DNA of 32,000 nt. Origin: Acaryochloris thomasi RCC1774 (GTDB lineage Bacteria; Cyanobacteriota; Cyanobacteriia; Thermosynechococcales; Thermosynechococcaceae). Positions 19,987 through 28,949 of this stretch are shown here, one piece after another. The position numbers and the translations under genes were made by a program. Location: assembly GCF_003231495.1 (NCBI RefSeq), contig NZ_PQWO01000012.1, positions 151,310-183,309 of the forward strand. Reading direction: 5' to 3'. The stretch's first letter is position 1, and every line of letters starts with the position of its first letter. The notes beneath the pieces are model-generated. The model was not told the DNA's origin and made no database searches. It saw nothing but the letters and a program-made list of their open reading frames with translations.

Positions 19987-21312
19987 ATGAAAAAAGTCTT
20001 TGTCCTAGATACCAATGTGCTGTTGCACGACCCCGCCGCAATGCATCAGTTTGAGGACAACGACGTGGTGCTGCCGATGACGATTATCGAAGAGCTTGAT
20101 CGCTTCAAAAAACAGCCAGAAGAAACCGGACGCAATGCTCGTCAGGTGTCGCGCGAGCTAGACGGTCTGCGCCAGCAGGGAAATCTATTTGAGGGCATCG
20201 TCCTCGAAGGCGGCGGCAATCTTAGGGTGGCACTCTGCAACCGAGAAACCTTACAGGAACTGCCTCCAGAGCTAGAGCGCGACAGAGGGGATAACTCTAT
20301 TTTGGCAGTGGCGCTAGAGCTGCAGCGCCAGTGTAATTGTCCGTTAGTCTTGGTAAGTAAGGATACGAATCTGCGTCTGAAGGCGGATGCCCTCAGTGTG
20401 GCTGCCGAAGATTACGAAACGGACAAGGTAAATGTTGGCGATCTCTACACCGGCATCTCTGAAGTGATCGTGGATGCCGAGTCCATCAACAATTTGTTTA
20501 AGCAGGGTGGCGTGGATTTAGACGGTCCCTTCTTACCCAACCAGAGCCTAACGCTGGTGGACTCCGTCAATCCAGCTCACACAGCCTTGGCCGTGGTCGA
20601 CGGCCATAGCGGTCAGGTGCAGCCCCTCGCTAAAATTCCCCACGCCGGCATCTCACAAGTGATTCCACGCAACCGAGAGCAGCGCTTTGCGATTGAGCTA
20701 CTGCTGCGCGATTCGATTTCTTTGCTCACGCTGGTAGGCAAGGCAGGCACCGGGAAGACCTTACTTGCGATCGCAGCCGGTCTGCAGCAGGTGGCCGATG
20801 AACAGCGCTACAGTCGCCTATTAATTGCTCGCCCCAATATTCCCATGGGGCGTGACTTAGGCTATCTGCCCGGAGATATTAAAGAGAAGCTAACCCCGTG
20901 GATGCAGCCCCTCTATGACAACTTTGATTTGATCTTTGGCACCCAAGACACCACTGGCCAACCCAGCCACTGGCGGCGTGGCCACGAAGAACTCATGGAG
21001 CAGGGTTTACTGCAAATTGAACCGCTGACCTACATTCGTGGCCGCACGATTCCCAAACAGTTCCTAATCGTAGATGAAGCTCAAAATCTAACCCCCCATG
21101 AAGTCAAAACAATTCTGACCCGTGCGGGCGAGGGAACAAAGGTTGTGCTGACCGGCGACCCTGAACAGATTGACAACCCCTATGTCGATGCAGCCAGCAA
21201 TGGTCTCACCTACGTCGTCGAAAGATTTAAAAAGGAGCCACTCGCGGGGCATGTGACGCTGCATCATGGCGAGCGCTCAATGTTAGCAGAACGAGCCGCC
21301 GCGCTCCTGTAG
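19987..21312 (+). CDS. PhoH-like ATPase with N-terminal PIN domain (PhoH2/YlaK type)
   Basis: 441 aa. PIN-like start [13 protein letters not shown]...TIIEELD, P-loop GKAGTGKT, Walker B IVDEAQN, and GDPEQID. Confidence 0.9.
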   Translation: MKKVFVLDTNVLLHDPAAMHQFEDNDVVLPMTIIEELDRFKKQPEETGRNARQVSRELDGLRQQGNLFEGIVLEGGGNLRVALCNRETLQELPPELERDRGDNSILAVALELQRQCNCPLVLVSKDTNLRLKADALSVAAEDYETDKVNVGDLYTGISEVIVDAESINNLFKQGGVDLDGPFLPNQSLTLVDSVNPAHTALAVVDGHSGQVQPLAKIPHAGISQVIPRNREQRFAIELLLRDSISLLTLVGKAGTGKTLLAIAAGLQQVADEQRYSRLLIARPNIPMGRDLGYLPGDIKEKLTPWMQPLYDNFDLIFGTQDTTGQPSHWRRGHEELMEQGLLQIEPLTYIRGRTIPKQFLIVDEAQNLTPHEVKTILTRAGEGTKVVLTGDPEQIDNPYVDAASNGLTYVVERFKKEPLAGHVTLHHGERSMLAERAAALL

Positions 21313-21317
21313 CGTGA

Positions 21318-21539
21318 TTACGAATAACCTAAAAGCTCAGAAGAAATAAGTTCTTGGAGGTTTTCGTCATCAAACGCTTGGAGAGACATCGCCAGACCGA
21401 TGTGTACCAAGTTGAGGCGCTGTTTCACAGCAGGATCAAGATCTTCAGCAGCTTCTTCAGCACACTCGAGAATAGTTTGGGCCATTTGCAGATTATCTTG
21501 GGTAACGGCTAGGGCTTCTGCTAATAGGGACTCAAGCAT
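21318..21539 (-). CDS. Small acidic hypothetical protein
   Basis: 73-aa ORF, convergent with the PhoH-like gene (5-nt gap). Helical, acidic composition. No motif recognised. Confidence 0.4.
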   Translation of the reverse strand: MLESLLAEALAVTQDNLQMAQTILECAEEAAEDLDPAVKQRLNLVHIGLAMSLQAFDDENLQELISSELLGYS

Positions 21540-21871
21540 GTCGATAGGCTCTCTTGTGAATGTTGTTAGACGGTCTTGGTGACCATATTTCTATGTTCGG
21601 GCGAATCACTAAAAAAAAATACCGGACGATTACTGAATTTTTGAGCGCATTTAACCGACAGCAGCTAGATAAGCCTGTAATTATGCTGAGATGCTGATAG
21701 AAAAACCTTAAGGAAATACAAAGATAGCGCCACACAGCAATCTTACAAAAGCAATAAAGAGGCATTCATATCTGTAAAGTTGCGTAGAGAAACTCTATGT
21801 TTTAGTGACTGTCAATTGCTAACAAAATGCTCTCAAAAGCTATGTCGCGTCAGACAAGGAAAACCTTAGGT

Positions 21872-22159
21872 TCAGGCAATATCATCTGAACGGCGTTTCC
21901 ATGCACCAAAGCGTTCGGCATAGAAGTCTAGTATTTTTTCCAGCTGCTCCTGATCGATCTTTGCAAGACTTTCAGGATGACGAATTCGCAGCCAACCTAC
22001 CTGACTTTGCATATAATCAAATTCTTGGGCATCCTGCGGCAGCAGCTCGGTCTCAACGCTTTCAACCTGACCTAGATGAGCCGCAATTTCACTGTAAACG
22101 GCCAGCGGTAGTTCAGAATATTGAATATCGTATTGTTGCAACGTCACGGATAAGCTCAA
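21872..22159 (-). CDS. Hypothetical protein, co-oriented 9 nt downstream of the LuxR-type regulator
   Basis: 95-aa ORF. The 9-nt gap to the upstream gene suggests one operon. Confidence 0.55.
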   Translation of the reverse strand: MSLSVTLQQYDIQYSELPLAVYSEIAAHLGQVESVETELLPQDAQEFDYMQSQVGWLRIRHPESLAKIDQEQLEKILDFYAERFGAWKRRSDDIA

Positions 22160-22168
22160 TAACTAAGA

Positions 22169-22462
22169 CTAGGACTCAACTCGCGAAGACTCAGAAGCCT
22201 CCATTGAACCATTCGGCAGCAAGCAGCAGTTTACATTATCGAGGCAAACCTTTCCCCACTCTAAGGCCCAGCGAACAAGGGCCACTCTATTCTCAGTCCC
22301 TGTCTTGGTGAGAATATTGCTGATGTGATTGTCTACGGTGCGCTTACTGATCTCTAAGCGCTGCGAAATCTCCTCATTTTTGAGCCCAGAGGACACTAAC
22401 TCGATCACCTGCACCTCACGCTCAGATAGGGCATGACCTGTCTGTAGTTCTCCCGCGCTCAT
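22169..22462 (-). CDS. Stand-alone small LuxR-type HTH regulator (PedR-like)
   Basis: 97 aa. LuxR/GerE HTH LSEREVQVIELVSSGLKNEEISQRLEISKRTVDNHISNILTKTG with no receiver or ligand domain. C-terminal Cys cluster at C73, C79 and C80. Confidence 0.8.
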   Translation of the reverse strand: MSAGELQTGHALSEREVQVIELVSSGLKNEEISQRLEISKRTVDNHISNILTKTGTENRVALVRWALEWGKVCLDNVNCCLLPNGSMEASESSRVES

Positions 22463-22604
22463 ATGTTTACTCTAACCGTGTAGATCTACCTACTAATTCT
22501 AGACCAATTGTCAAAGTTGGGTCGTGTCTTAAGGTCGTCATAAGATCCTCAGCCTGGGACTTGCCGTCTTAGTTGACGCCTAACTCGACTGACTCCTTTG
22601 CGTT

Positions 22605-24212
22605 TCAAGAAACTTGGCCAGACGTAACGGGTGCGATCGCATCTAAGACCAAATCAGGGTGGTCACCATTCACCTGATGCAGATTCCAGCTGTTCTTAAA
22701 CAGCAGCACTGGCCGGTCCCAGCTATCTTTGACCGTAATTGCATTGAAGATACGTCCCACCTTCTCTAACGCGGGCCATCCATCCTTCACCCAGCGGGCC
22801 ACCGTATAGGGCAGCAGCTCTAGGCGAGTTTCAACCCCGTATTCATTTTGCAGCCGGAACTGGACAACTTCGATCTGAAGCTGACCCACCGCCGCCAGAA
22901 TCGGATCGCGCTTAGACTCATCAGCAGAGTACATAATCTGCACCGCCCCTTCTTCTCTCAGCTCGGAGATTCCCTTCTGGAACTGCTTGAACTTAGAGGG
23001 ATTTGGGTTCTTGAGATAGGCAAATAGTTCCGGTGAGAAGCAGGGAATACCGTCGTACTCAAGTTTTTTACCTTGAAAGATAGTGTCGCCGATAGCAAAC
23101 ATGCCTGGATTGTTGAGGCCAATCACGTCCCCAGGATAGGCTTCGTCAATTGAAGCTCGACCTTGGGCAAATAGTTTTTGAGGGCGGGAAAGACGAATCG
23201 TTTTGCCGGTGCGAGCATGGCTGACGGTCATGTCTTTTTCAAACTTACCGGAGCAAACGCGAATGAAAGCGACGCGATCACGATGCTTCGGGTCCATGTT
23301 GGCCTGCAGCTTGAACACGAACCCTGAAAAGTCTTCATAGGTGGGTTCAATATCACCCAACGTACTGTGATAAGCACAGGGCTTCAAAGCGTAGTCCATG
23401 AAGGCTTCTAGGAATAGCTCCACGCCAAAGTTAGTCATGGCACTACCGAAGAAGATCGGCGTCATCAAACCCGCATGAACCATTTCCATATCTAGCTCAG
23501 GACCGAGTTCCTCGATCACCTCTAGCTCGTCTTTGAACTGGAAGTAGAGATCTTGATCTAGTAAATCTTCAATCTTCGGATCACCGATATCGACAATGGT
23601 TGTTTTCGCTTCCCGCCGACCGTGACCGCTGCGCTCAAACAGATGAATTTTGCGACTGCGGCGATCAAAAACACCCTTAAAGCGATCGCCCATCCCAATC
23701 GGCCAGTTCACGGCGTAGGTCTGCAGCTCTAATTCTTGCTCAATCTCGTCCAGTAGCTCCAGCGGCTCTCGGCCGGGTCGGTCGAGCTTGTTGATGAAGG
23801 TAAAGATGGGAAGCGATCGCAACTTACACACTTCAAATAGCTTGCGCGTTTGTGGTTCCAAACCCTTGGCCGCATCTACTAGCATCACAGCATTGTCCGC
23901 CGCCGCTAAGGTTCGGTAGGTATCTTCGCTGAAGTCTTGGTGCCCCGGCGTATCCAACAGATTAATCTGGCAATCCTGATAGGCAAACTGCAGCACCGTC
24001 GAAGTAATGGAGATGCCGCGCTGCTGCTCCATTTCCATCCAGTCAGAGGTCGCATGACGCTGCGCTCGCCGAGCCTTCACGGCTCCAGCTTCATGAATCG
24101 CGCCTCCATAAAGCAAGAGCTTTTCCGTTAGCGTTGTCTTACCCGCGTCCGGGTGCGAAATAATCGCAAAGTTACGGCGACTTTCTACGGCTGTAGCGAG
24201 TTCAGAGGACAT
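22605..24212 (-). CDS. prfC: Peptide chain release factor 3
   Basis: GTPase motifs [20 protein letters not shown] and FINKLDR, with full-length RF3-like sequence. The ORF track extends to TTG 24341; the ATG at 24212 ([22 protein letters not shown]) fits RF3 N-termini. Confidence 0.93.
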   Translation of the reverse strand: MSSELATAVESRRNFAIISHPDAGKTTLTEKLLLYGGAIHEAGAVKARRAQRHATSDWMEMEQQRGISITSTVLQFAYQDCQINLLDTPGHQDFSEDTYRTLAAADNAVMLVDAAKGLEPQTRKLFEVCKLRSLPIFTFINKLDRPGREPLELLDEIEQELELQTYAVNWPIGMGDRFKGVFDRRSRKIHLFERSGHGRREAKTTIVDIGDPKIEDLLDQDLYFQFKDELEVIEELGPELDMEMVHAGLMTPIFFGSAMTNFGVELFLEAFMDYALKPCAYHSTLGDIEPTYEDFSGFVFKLQANMDPKHRDRVAFIRVCSGKFEKDMTVSHARTGKTIRLSRPQKLFAQGRASIDEAYPGDVIGLNNPGMFAIGDTIFQGKKLEYDGIPCFSPELFAYLKNPNPSKFKQFQKGISELREEGAVQIMYSADESKRDPILAAVGQLQIEVVQFRLQNEYGVETRLELLPYTVARWVKDGWPALEKVGRIFNAITVKDSWDRPVLLFKNSWNLHQVNGDHPDLVLDAIAPVTSGQVS

Positions 24213-24619
24213 GCACAAAAAGGAAGGATCAGTGACTTCATTATAGAGTGGGCCTTTGACTTTCAGGGAGCCTAAGGCAAATCCCCACGATTTCACCTTT
24301 CGAGCATCTCGCTCATCCTCTGCTAACCCAATATCTGACAATTACAAGATAAGAACACGAACATCATCGGCCGTATATACGACAAGCTTATTTTGATTAA
24401 GGAAAAATTAATTTTCCCGAAATAAAAAACTTCAAAACCTTAGGTCGTTACGACTGTTATAAAAGTTATTTGTTTTGCCAGATATAAATATTGCGCTCTC
24501 CAAGATTTAAAGACAGAATGAGGATGCGAGATGCTCTATTTTTAATGAATAATAAGAAAGCATTCGGACATGCGGTGGGGCAACGTTCAGATCAAGTTTT
24601 AGAACAGGGGAACCCAATA

Positions 24620-25261
24620 ATGAGAATAATCAGCCCAGGGCTATTATTGGCTCTAGCAAGCGTGCTGGCCGTGGCCACATCCGTCTCTGCAGAAGACAAT
24701 AAGGCCGCTTCATTAGCCCCCAATGGTTCCATTCAGCCTGCAGGGGGGCAGCTTGGTGGCGCTCCCCTTCCTCCGCCGATTAATCATCGTGCATTTCAAA
24801 AGCCAGAACTTTTAGACAACTATGGGTTGATCAAGGGCATTCAAAATGACAAGGTCTCTGTTCGGCTTTTAAATGGAGATATCAAGACGTATCTTCTCGC
24901 TTCAAACACTGTAGGCGCTAAGCTAAGGCGCGGCGGTCTCGTTGGATTTAGGACAAACATCAAGGGAGAAATTACCAGGCTTTCACCCCCTCAAGTTCGC
25001 AAGGTTTATACCGGCACTTTAATCATTGTCGACGGTCAGAAGATCGGCATGGTGACGCCTCAGGGTGACCGCTTCATCACCACATTAGCCAAGAATAAGA
25101 TTGCTCGGATGGGTTTAGCTCCCGGTCAACCCATTAAAATCACCCAATATCGAGGAACGTGGGCCACGAAGGTGTGTCAGCCAGGAGCACTCAATGATGA
25201 TGATTCTTTCCCGATCCTGGCGGAGCAAGGGCGTGGCACTATTATTCCTCAAGAACAGTAG
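24620..25261 (+). CDS. Secreted protein of unknown function, paralog family P (C-terminal ~128-aa module)
   Basis: The ORF track starts at TTG 24491. The ATG at 24620 gives a clean signal peptide, MRIISPGLLLALASVLAVATSVSA, preceded by GGGGA. The C-terminal module (nt ~24809-25192) is ~70% identical by eye to that of the next gene. Confidence 0.75.
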   Translation: MRIISPGLLLALASVLAVATSVSAEDNKAASLAPNGSIQPAGGQLGGAPLPPPINHRAFQKPELLDNYGLIKGIQNDKVSVRLLNGDIKTYLLASNTVGAKLRRGGLVGFRTNIKGEITRLSPPQVRKVYTGTLIIVDGQKIGMVTPQGDRFITTLAKNKIARMGLAPGQPIKITQYRGTWATKVCQPGALNDDDSFPILAEQGRGTIIPQEQ

Positions 25262-25303
25262 TCATTGATTAGAGTTCTGGCTTGATTCAGCGTTAATGAT
25301 TTT

Positions 25304-25345
25304 TGAGACTTCCGCTATGCAAGCATGGTGGAAATCTCAGTTTTA
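25304..25345 (+). terminator. Candidate intrinsic terminator after the 24620 gene
   Basis: Stem TGAGACTTCC (25304-25313) / GGAAATCTCA (25330-25339) with one mismatch, followed by GTTTTA. Confidence 0.35.
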
Positions 25346-25803
25346 GAGGTTGTTATGGAGTTGCGATCGCAATTCCATAAACAACACTCTGCACCAAGCA
25401 ATATCGCCCATCACCTATATCATTCTCAAAATCGAAAATGAGAAATCATTCACCTATACAAAGCAGCTTGTTTTTAACAGCCCTAAATTACCCCTTAGAA
25501 AGGCTCATAAAGGGCTGTTTCCGATCTTAGATTGCAGTCAATACAACATCCGTCTTCTAGAGCCGTCTTCGCAGTGAGCCTGTAAGTCATTTTCTTCTTT
25601 AAATCAGAGAGGGAAGCGGACTCTCGGATGCATGGTATGCAGGCAGAAATTAAATATCGGCAACATATACTACACTCAAAGAAAAATATAGTAGAATAGA
25701 CCAGCGGCCTAAGACCAAGTCAATCAGCATCTAGAGCTTAGTCAGCGCCTTTAAAATATGCCGGGGGGCAGTTAAGAAAAAGCCTTAGATTCAGGTATCC
25801 CCC

Positions 25804-27270
25804 ATGAACAAAAGAATTTACTATACAGCTCTCACACTTGCGATCACGGGAATCTGTACAGCTGCAACAGCTGTCGCCGCCGCAGACGAAAGTATTACCA
25901 CGACTTCTCCATCTCCTATAGATTCTTACGCCGATCAGAATCTTCAGGGAGAGATACTTGTAGCCTCTGCTCCTCTATCAGATGCTGAGACAACAGTTAC
26001 AAGCTACTCTAAGCAGCCTAAGCATTTAGAGGGACCTAATATTCCTCCCCGAGTCTTAGCTTCTCCTGATCTCCAACCTCTCGCAAGACTAGATATTGAA
26101 AAGACGCCTATTACAAATGGAGTAGTAGAAGTTTCTACGTCAAACATTGACTTCTCAGCAACGCTAACCTTCAAACCCTCTGCACAGACAATCGCTGAGA
26201 TCCAGGCACTAGAATCAAAGACATCTCACAGCTTTGACAATAGTGCATCTTTACTGGCTCTGGCTTCAGAAACTGTTGAACCAGCCAACGCAGGCATTAG
26301 GTCACAGGTAGTTGAAACACCAGAGCCTGTTGTACAGAACATCAACTTCCCAACAGCTCCAACATTCACTCCTTCCGCACAGACAATCGCTGAAATTCAA
26401 GCTCCAGAGTTAAAGACATCTCACAGCTTTGATAGCAGTGCATCTTTACTGGCTTTGGCCTCAGAAATCGTTGAAGAAACTAATACTGAGTCCGAGGTGC
26501 TGAAAGATGAAAAAACGGAAGCTGTTGTCTCAGACATTAACTTACCAATAGTTCCAACTTCCTCCGCCATGGCACAAGCCATTCCTGAATTTCAAGCACC
26601 CGCAGTTGAAGCTGACCAATCTGTTGAACATGGTGCTGCATTACTGAGACCTTTAGCACCAGGCCTTACCGCAGAACCTAAACTAGAAAATTCAGCCACC
26701 ATTCAAAGGAATAGTGTTGCAGATGCAGTAGTAGCGCCAGCGCCAAAACAAACACCTACGCTACAAAGCAATCTTGATAGGGCCCCCATAACTCCAAAGT
26801 CATCAGAAATTTTGGATAACTATGGATTAGTCAACTCTATCAAAGGCAATAAAGTCTCGGTTCGTCTCTTAAACGGAAAGAATAAAACCTACTTGCTAGC
26901 TTCTAATTCCGCAGGGAGTCAAATCAGGCGTGGCGGCTTAATGGGTTTTAACACGGATCGCCGAGGTAGAATTACGCGTCTCGCGCCTCCTAAGATCAAA
27001 AAGATTTACCAAGGCACTCTAGTTATCGTGGAAGGGACAAAAATTGGCATGGTGACACCTGAAGGAGAACGTTTTATCACAACGCTTTCGAAGAGAAAGA
27101 TTGCTCACATGGGCCTAGCGCCTGGACAGCCGATCAAGATCACTCAATACAGTGGAACTTGGGCCACAAAAGTTTGCCGTCCGGGAGTATTAAGCGATCG
27201 CCAGATTTCATCTGATGCGATGCAGAGGCAAAGAAATTTCTTGAGGGGTGAAACCTCACCAAAATCTTAA
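25804..27270 (+). CDS. Secreted repeat protein of unknown function, paralog family P
   Basis: 488 aa. Signal peptide MNKRIYYTALTLAITGICTAATAVAA. Three 65-aa repeats in the S/T/P/A/E-rich middle. The C-terminal module (nt ~26809-27192), ILDNYGLVNSIKGNKVSVRLLNG...ITQYSGTWATKVCRPG, is shared with the 24620 gene. Confidence 0.8.
   Translation: MNKRIYYTALTLAITGICTAATAVAAADESITTTSPSPIDSYADQNLQGEILVASAPLSDAETTVTSYSKQPKHLEGPNIPPRVLASPDLQPLARLDIEKTPITNGVVEVSTSNIDFSATLTFKPSAQTIAEIQALESKTSHSFDNSASLLALASETVEPANAGIRSQVVETPEPVVQNINFPTAPTFTPSAQTIAEIQAPELKTSHSFDSSASLLALASEIVEETNTESEVLKDEKTEAVVSDINLPIVPTSSAMAQAIPEFQAPAVEADQSVEHGAALLRPLAPGLTAEPKLENSATIQRNSVADAVVAPAPKQTPTLQSNLDRAPITPKSSEILDNYGLVNSIKGNKVSVRLLNGKNKTYLLASNSAGSQIRRGGLMGFNTDRRGRITRLAPPKIKKIYQGTLVIVEGTKIGMVTPEGERFITTLSKRKIAHMGLAPGQPIKITQYSGTWATKVCRPGVLSDRQISSDAMQRQRNFLRGETSPKS
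26143..26676 (+). repeat. Three tandem 195-bp (65-codon) repeats inside the 25804 gene
   Basis: Units begin at residues N114, N179 and D244. The first is NIDFSATLTFKPSAQTIAEIQALESKTSHSFDNSASLLALASETVE. The second is NINFPTAPTFTPSAQTIAEIQAPELKTSHSFDSSASLLALASEIVE. The third is degenerate: DINLPIVPTSSAMAQAIPEFQAPAVEADQSVEHGAALLRPLA. Confidence 0.75.
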
Positions 27271-27739
27271 GAAATAAAGACCTTAGAGGACGCTCAGAAA
27301 ATCAGCCTAGGAAGTCGGAAAGGCTTTCTAGGCTGACCTATTAAAGAGCAGCAGAGAATCTTTTCTATCACCTCTTTTGATCTTTCAATAGCTAAGTGGC
27401 CCTAGAGATAAAAAACAGCAAAATAACGGCAAAAAGTTTATTTAGGATACAGAATTACCTGATCTTCACCGATGCAGATAAAACAGTAGATCAAGGCTGG
27501 CTAAAAAAGAATGCCTGAGTTGAATTAATCTCCTGAAGCCGGCTCAGATCGCTCTATAGACTTGATATTTCGTCGTTGGTCGATAATCTCTGTAAGTATA
27601 GAAATGACAAAAAAATAATTATAGACACGAAAAAAGCCTGCGCAGACAAGATTTTTACTGTTCTGAAAATCAAGAAAACTTAAGTAAATAGGCCAAGGAA
27701 AGGAAATTCGTATCTTCTTTCTGTATTAATTAACTTGTC

Positions 27740-28141
27740 TTACTTCCCCTCGTATTCAAAGGATTTAATAACGGTAAAATCGTAGGTTACTTTTCCCTTT
27801 GGCAAATCATACTGAAAATCTGAATAGATTTCATTGTAAGCCGCAGCGTACTGTGGCAAAAACAAGTAGTGATAGAATCCTTGGGGAGGGAAGAAACTAG
27901 AGCCAAATCCATTGAGGCCAAACCCAAACCCTCCGGCAGCAAATACATTTCCGGAAAATCCACCCGCTGTAAATGCATTACCGGAAAATCCACCTACAGA
28001 ATTTGCAGGTAGGAAAAATGCCTCGGCAGGCGTTGCCTGAGGAGAAGTAGACTGACCAAAGATAATTTGCGCGTTGGCCCCATTTGTAAACGATGCCAAG
28101 GCCACCGATAGAGTTGTTAACGCAAGTACAGGAACTTTCAT
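27740..28141 (-). CDS. Secreted Gly/Phe-repeat protein (hypothetical)
   Basis: 133 aa. Signal peptide MKVPVLALTTLSVALASFTNGANA. Decapeptide repeats GGFSGNAFTA / GGFSGNVFAA / GGFGFGLNGF (nt ~27902-27994). Aromatic-rich C-terminal part ending VTYDFTVIKSFEYEGK. Confidence 0.65.
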   Translation of the reverse strand: MKVPVLALTTLSVALASFTNGANAQIIFGQSTSPQATPAEAFFLPANSVGGFSGNAFTAGGFSGNVFAAGGFGFGLNGFGSSFFPPQGFYHYLFLPQYAAAYNEIYSDFQYDLPKGKVTYDFTVIKSFEYEGK

Positions 28142-28385
28142 GGGACAAGCCTCACAGCAGAACAGATAGAATAAAGGGCAGAATTATCTTTTCGTTTAGT
28201 AGCTTAATTTATGTAAAAAAGATATAAAGAACATGAAATAATGCCTTTGAGAAGCTGCATCCCTCCCACAAGATATAGCTCCTTTAAAGATATTTGGGCC
28301 ATCTGTGCTTTTCGTCTACTACAACCACGACTGGCACATTGATCAATGTATTCCCAAAGAAAACTACTCAGCGATTGAGCCGAGC

Positions 28386-28832
28386 CTATCTGCCTCGCGG
28401 TCCTACCTGTGGCTCTGGACTACTCCGTCGAGGTCCGCGATCTCCACTGGCACCCGTTGTGACATTGGTTGTATGCACAAAATCAGCATAATCAAAAGAT
28501 TCACTGAATTCGTAGACGGTGGTTGTTAGCCTTTCTCCACGCTCTCTCGTTATAGAGGTATTTATAGTGCCGTTATCAGAAACGGTTGTAGTTGTGGCAC
28601 CATTGGCCCGATTAGAGGTATGACTGGAGTCACGTTGAGAATCAGTGGTGATAGAGAAGCCATTTTCACTCGTTTGTTCCCTTGTCACAACACGGTTGTT
28701 ACGCTCTGCATGCCCCTGTGGGCTGACAACGAAGTTCATCACAGTTGTGCCAGAAGCATTCTGTGCCAGGCTTGGCAATACAAATGTCAAGAGCCAAAAA
28801 GGTGAAAGCACAAGAACATATTTGGGTTTCAT
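28386..28832 (-). CDS. Secreted Thr/Ser/Asn-rich protein, distant member of the GFDF family
   Basis: The ATG at 28832 gives the signal peptide MKPKYVLVLSPFWLLTFVLPSLA; the ORF track starts 18 codons earlier. The segment RERGERLTTTVYEFSESFDYADFVHTTNVTTG aligns by eye with REQGTVLKNTTVRVQESYEFTGFQESHRVTAG of the 29852 gene. Confidence 0.6.
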   Translation of the reverse strand: MKPKYVLVLSPFWLLTFVLPSLAQNASGTTVMNFVVSPQGHAERNNRVVTREQTSENGFSITTDSQRDSSHTSNRANGATTTTVSDNGTINTSITRERGERLTTTVYEFSESFDYADFVHTTNVTTGASGDRGPRRSSPEPQVGPRGR

Positions 28833-28949
28833 ACTAACAATTCTCGCTTTTCGACAGGGTAGGCAGCTACCATTTATAACCATCATCTCTATTCAAGAGT
28901 AAAGAAACATCCCTAACGACAGCTCAACTTAAGCCAAGGATGATTCAGA

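Noticed and set aside
21532-21765. 77-codon minus-strand ORF in AT-rich DNA upstream of the 73-aa gene.
   Set aside because: It overlaps the start of the 21318-21539 ORF. Its Cys/Phe/Ile-rich translation is typical of AT-rich non-coding sequence.
24213-24341. 43-codon N-terminal extension of prfC starting at TTG 24341.
   Set aside because: RF3 proteins begin shortly before the [13 protein letters not shown]-loop. The ATG at 24212 gives the usual length (~535 aa).
24491-24619. TTG-initiated extension of the first family-P gene.
   Set aside because: The extension is basic and AT-rich with no signal peptide. The ATG at 24620 yields a canonical signal peptide and has a G-rich SD-like sequence upstream.
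25350-25577. 75-codon ORF in the spacer between the two family-P genes.
   Set aside because: It has a TTG start, no SD-like sequence, and an AT-rich low-complexity translation. It most likely falls in promoter or leader DNA of the 25804 gene.
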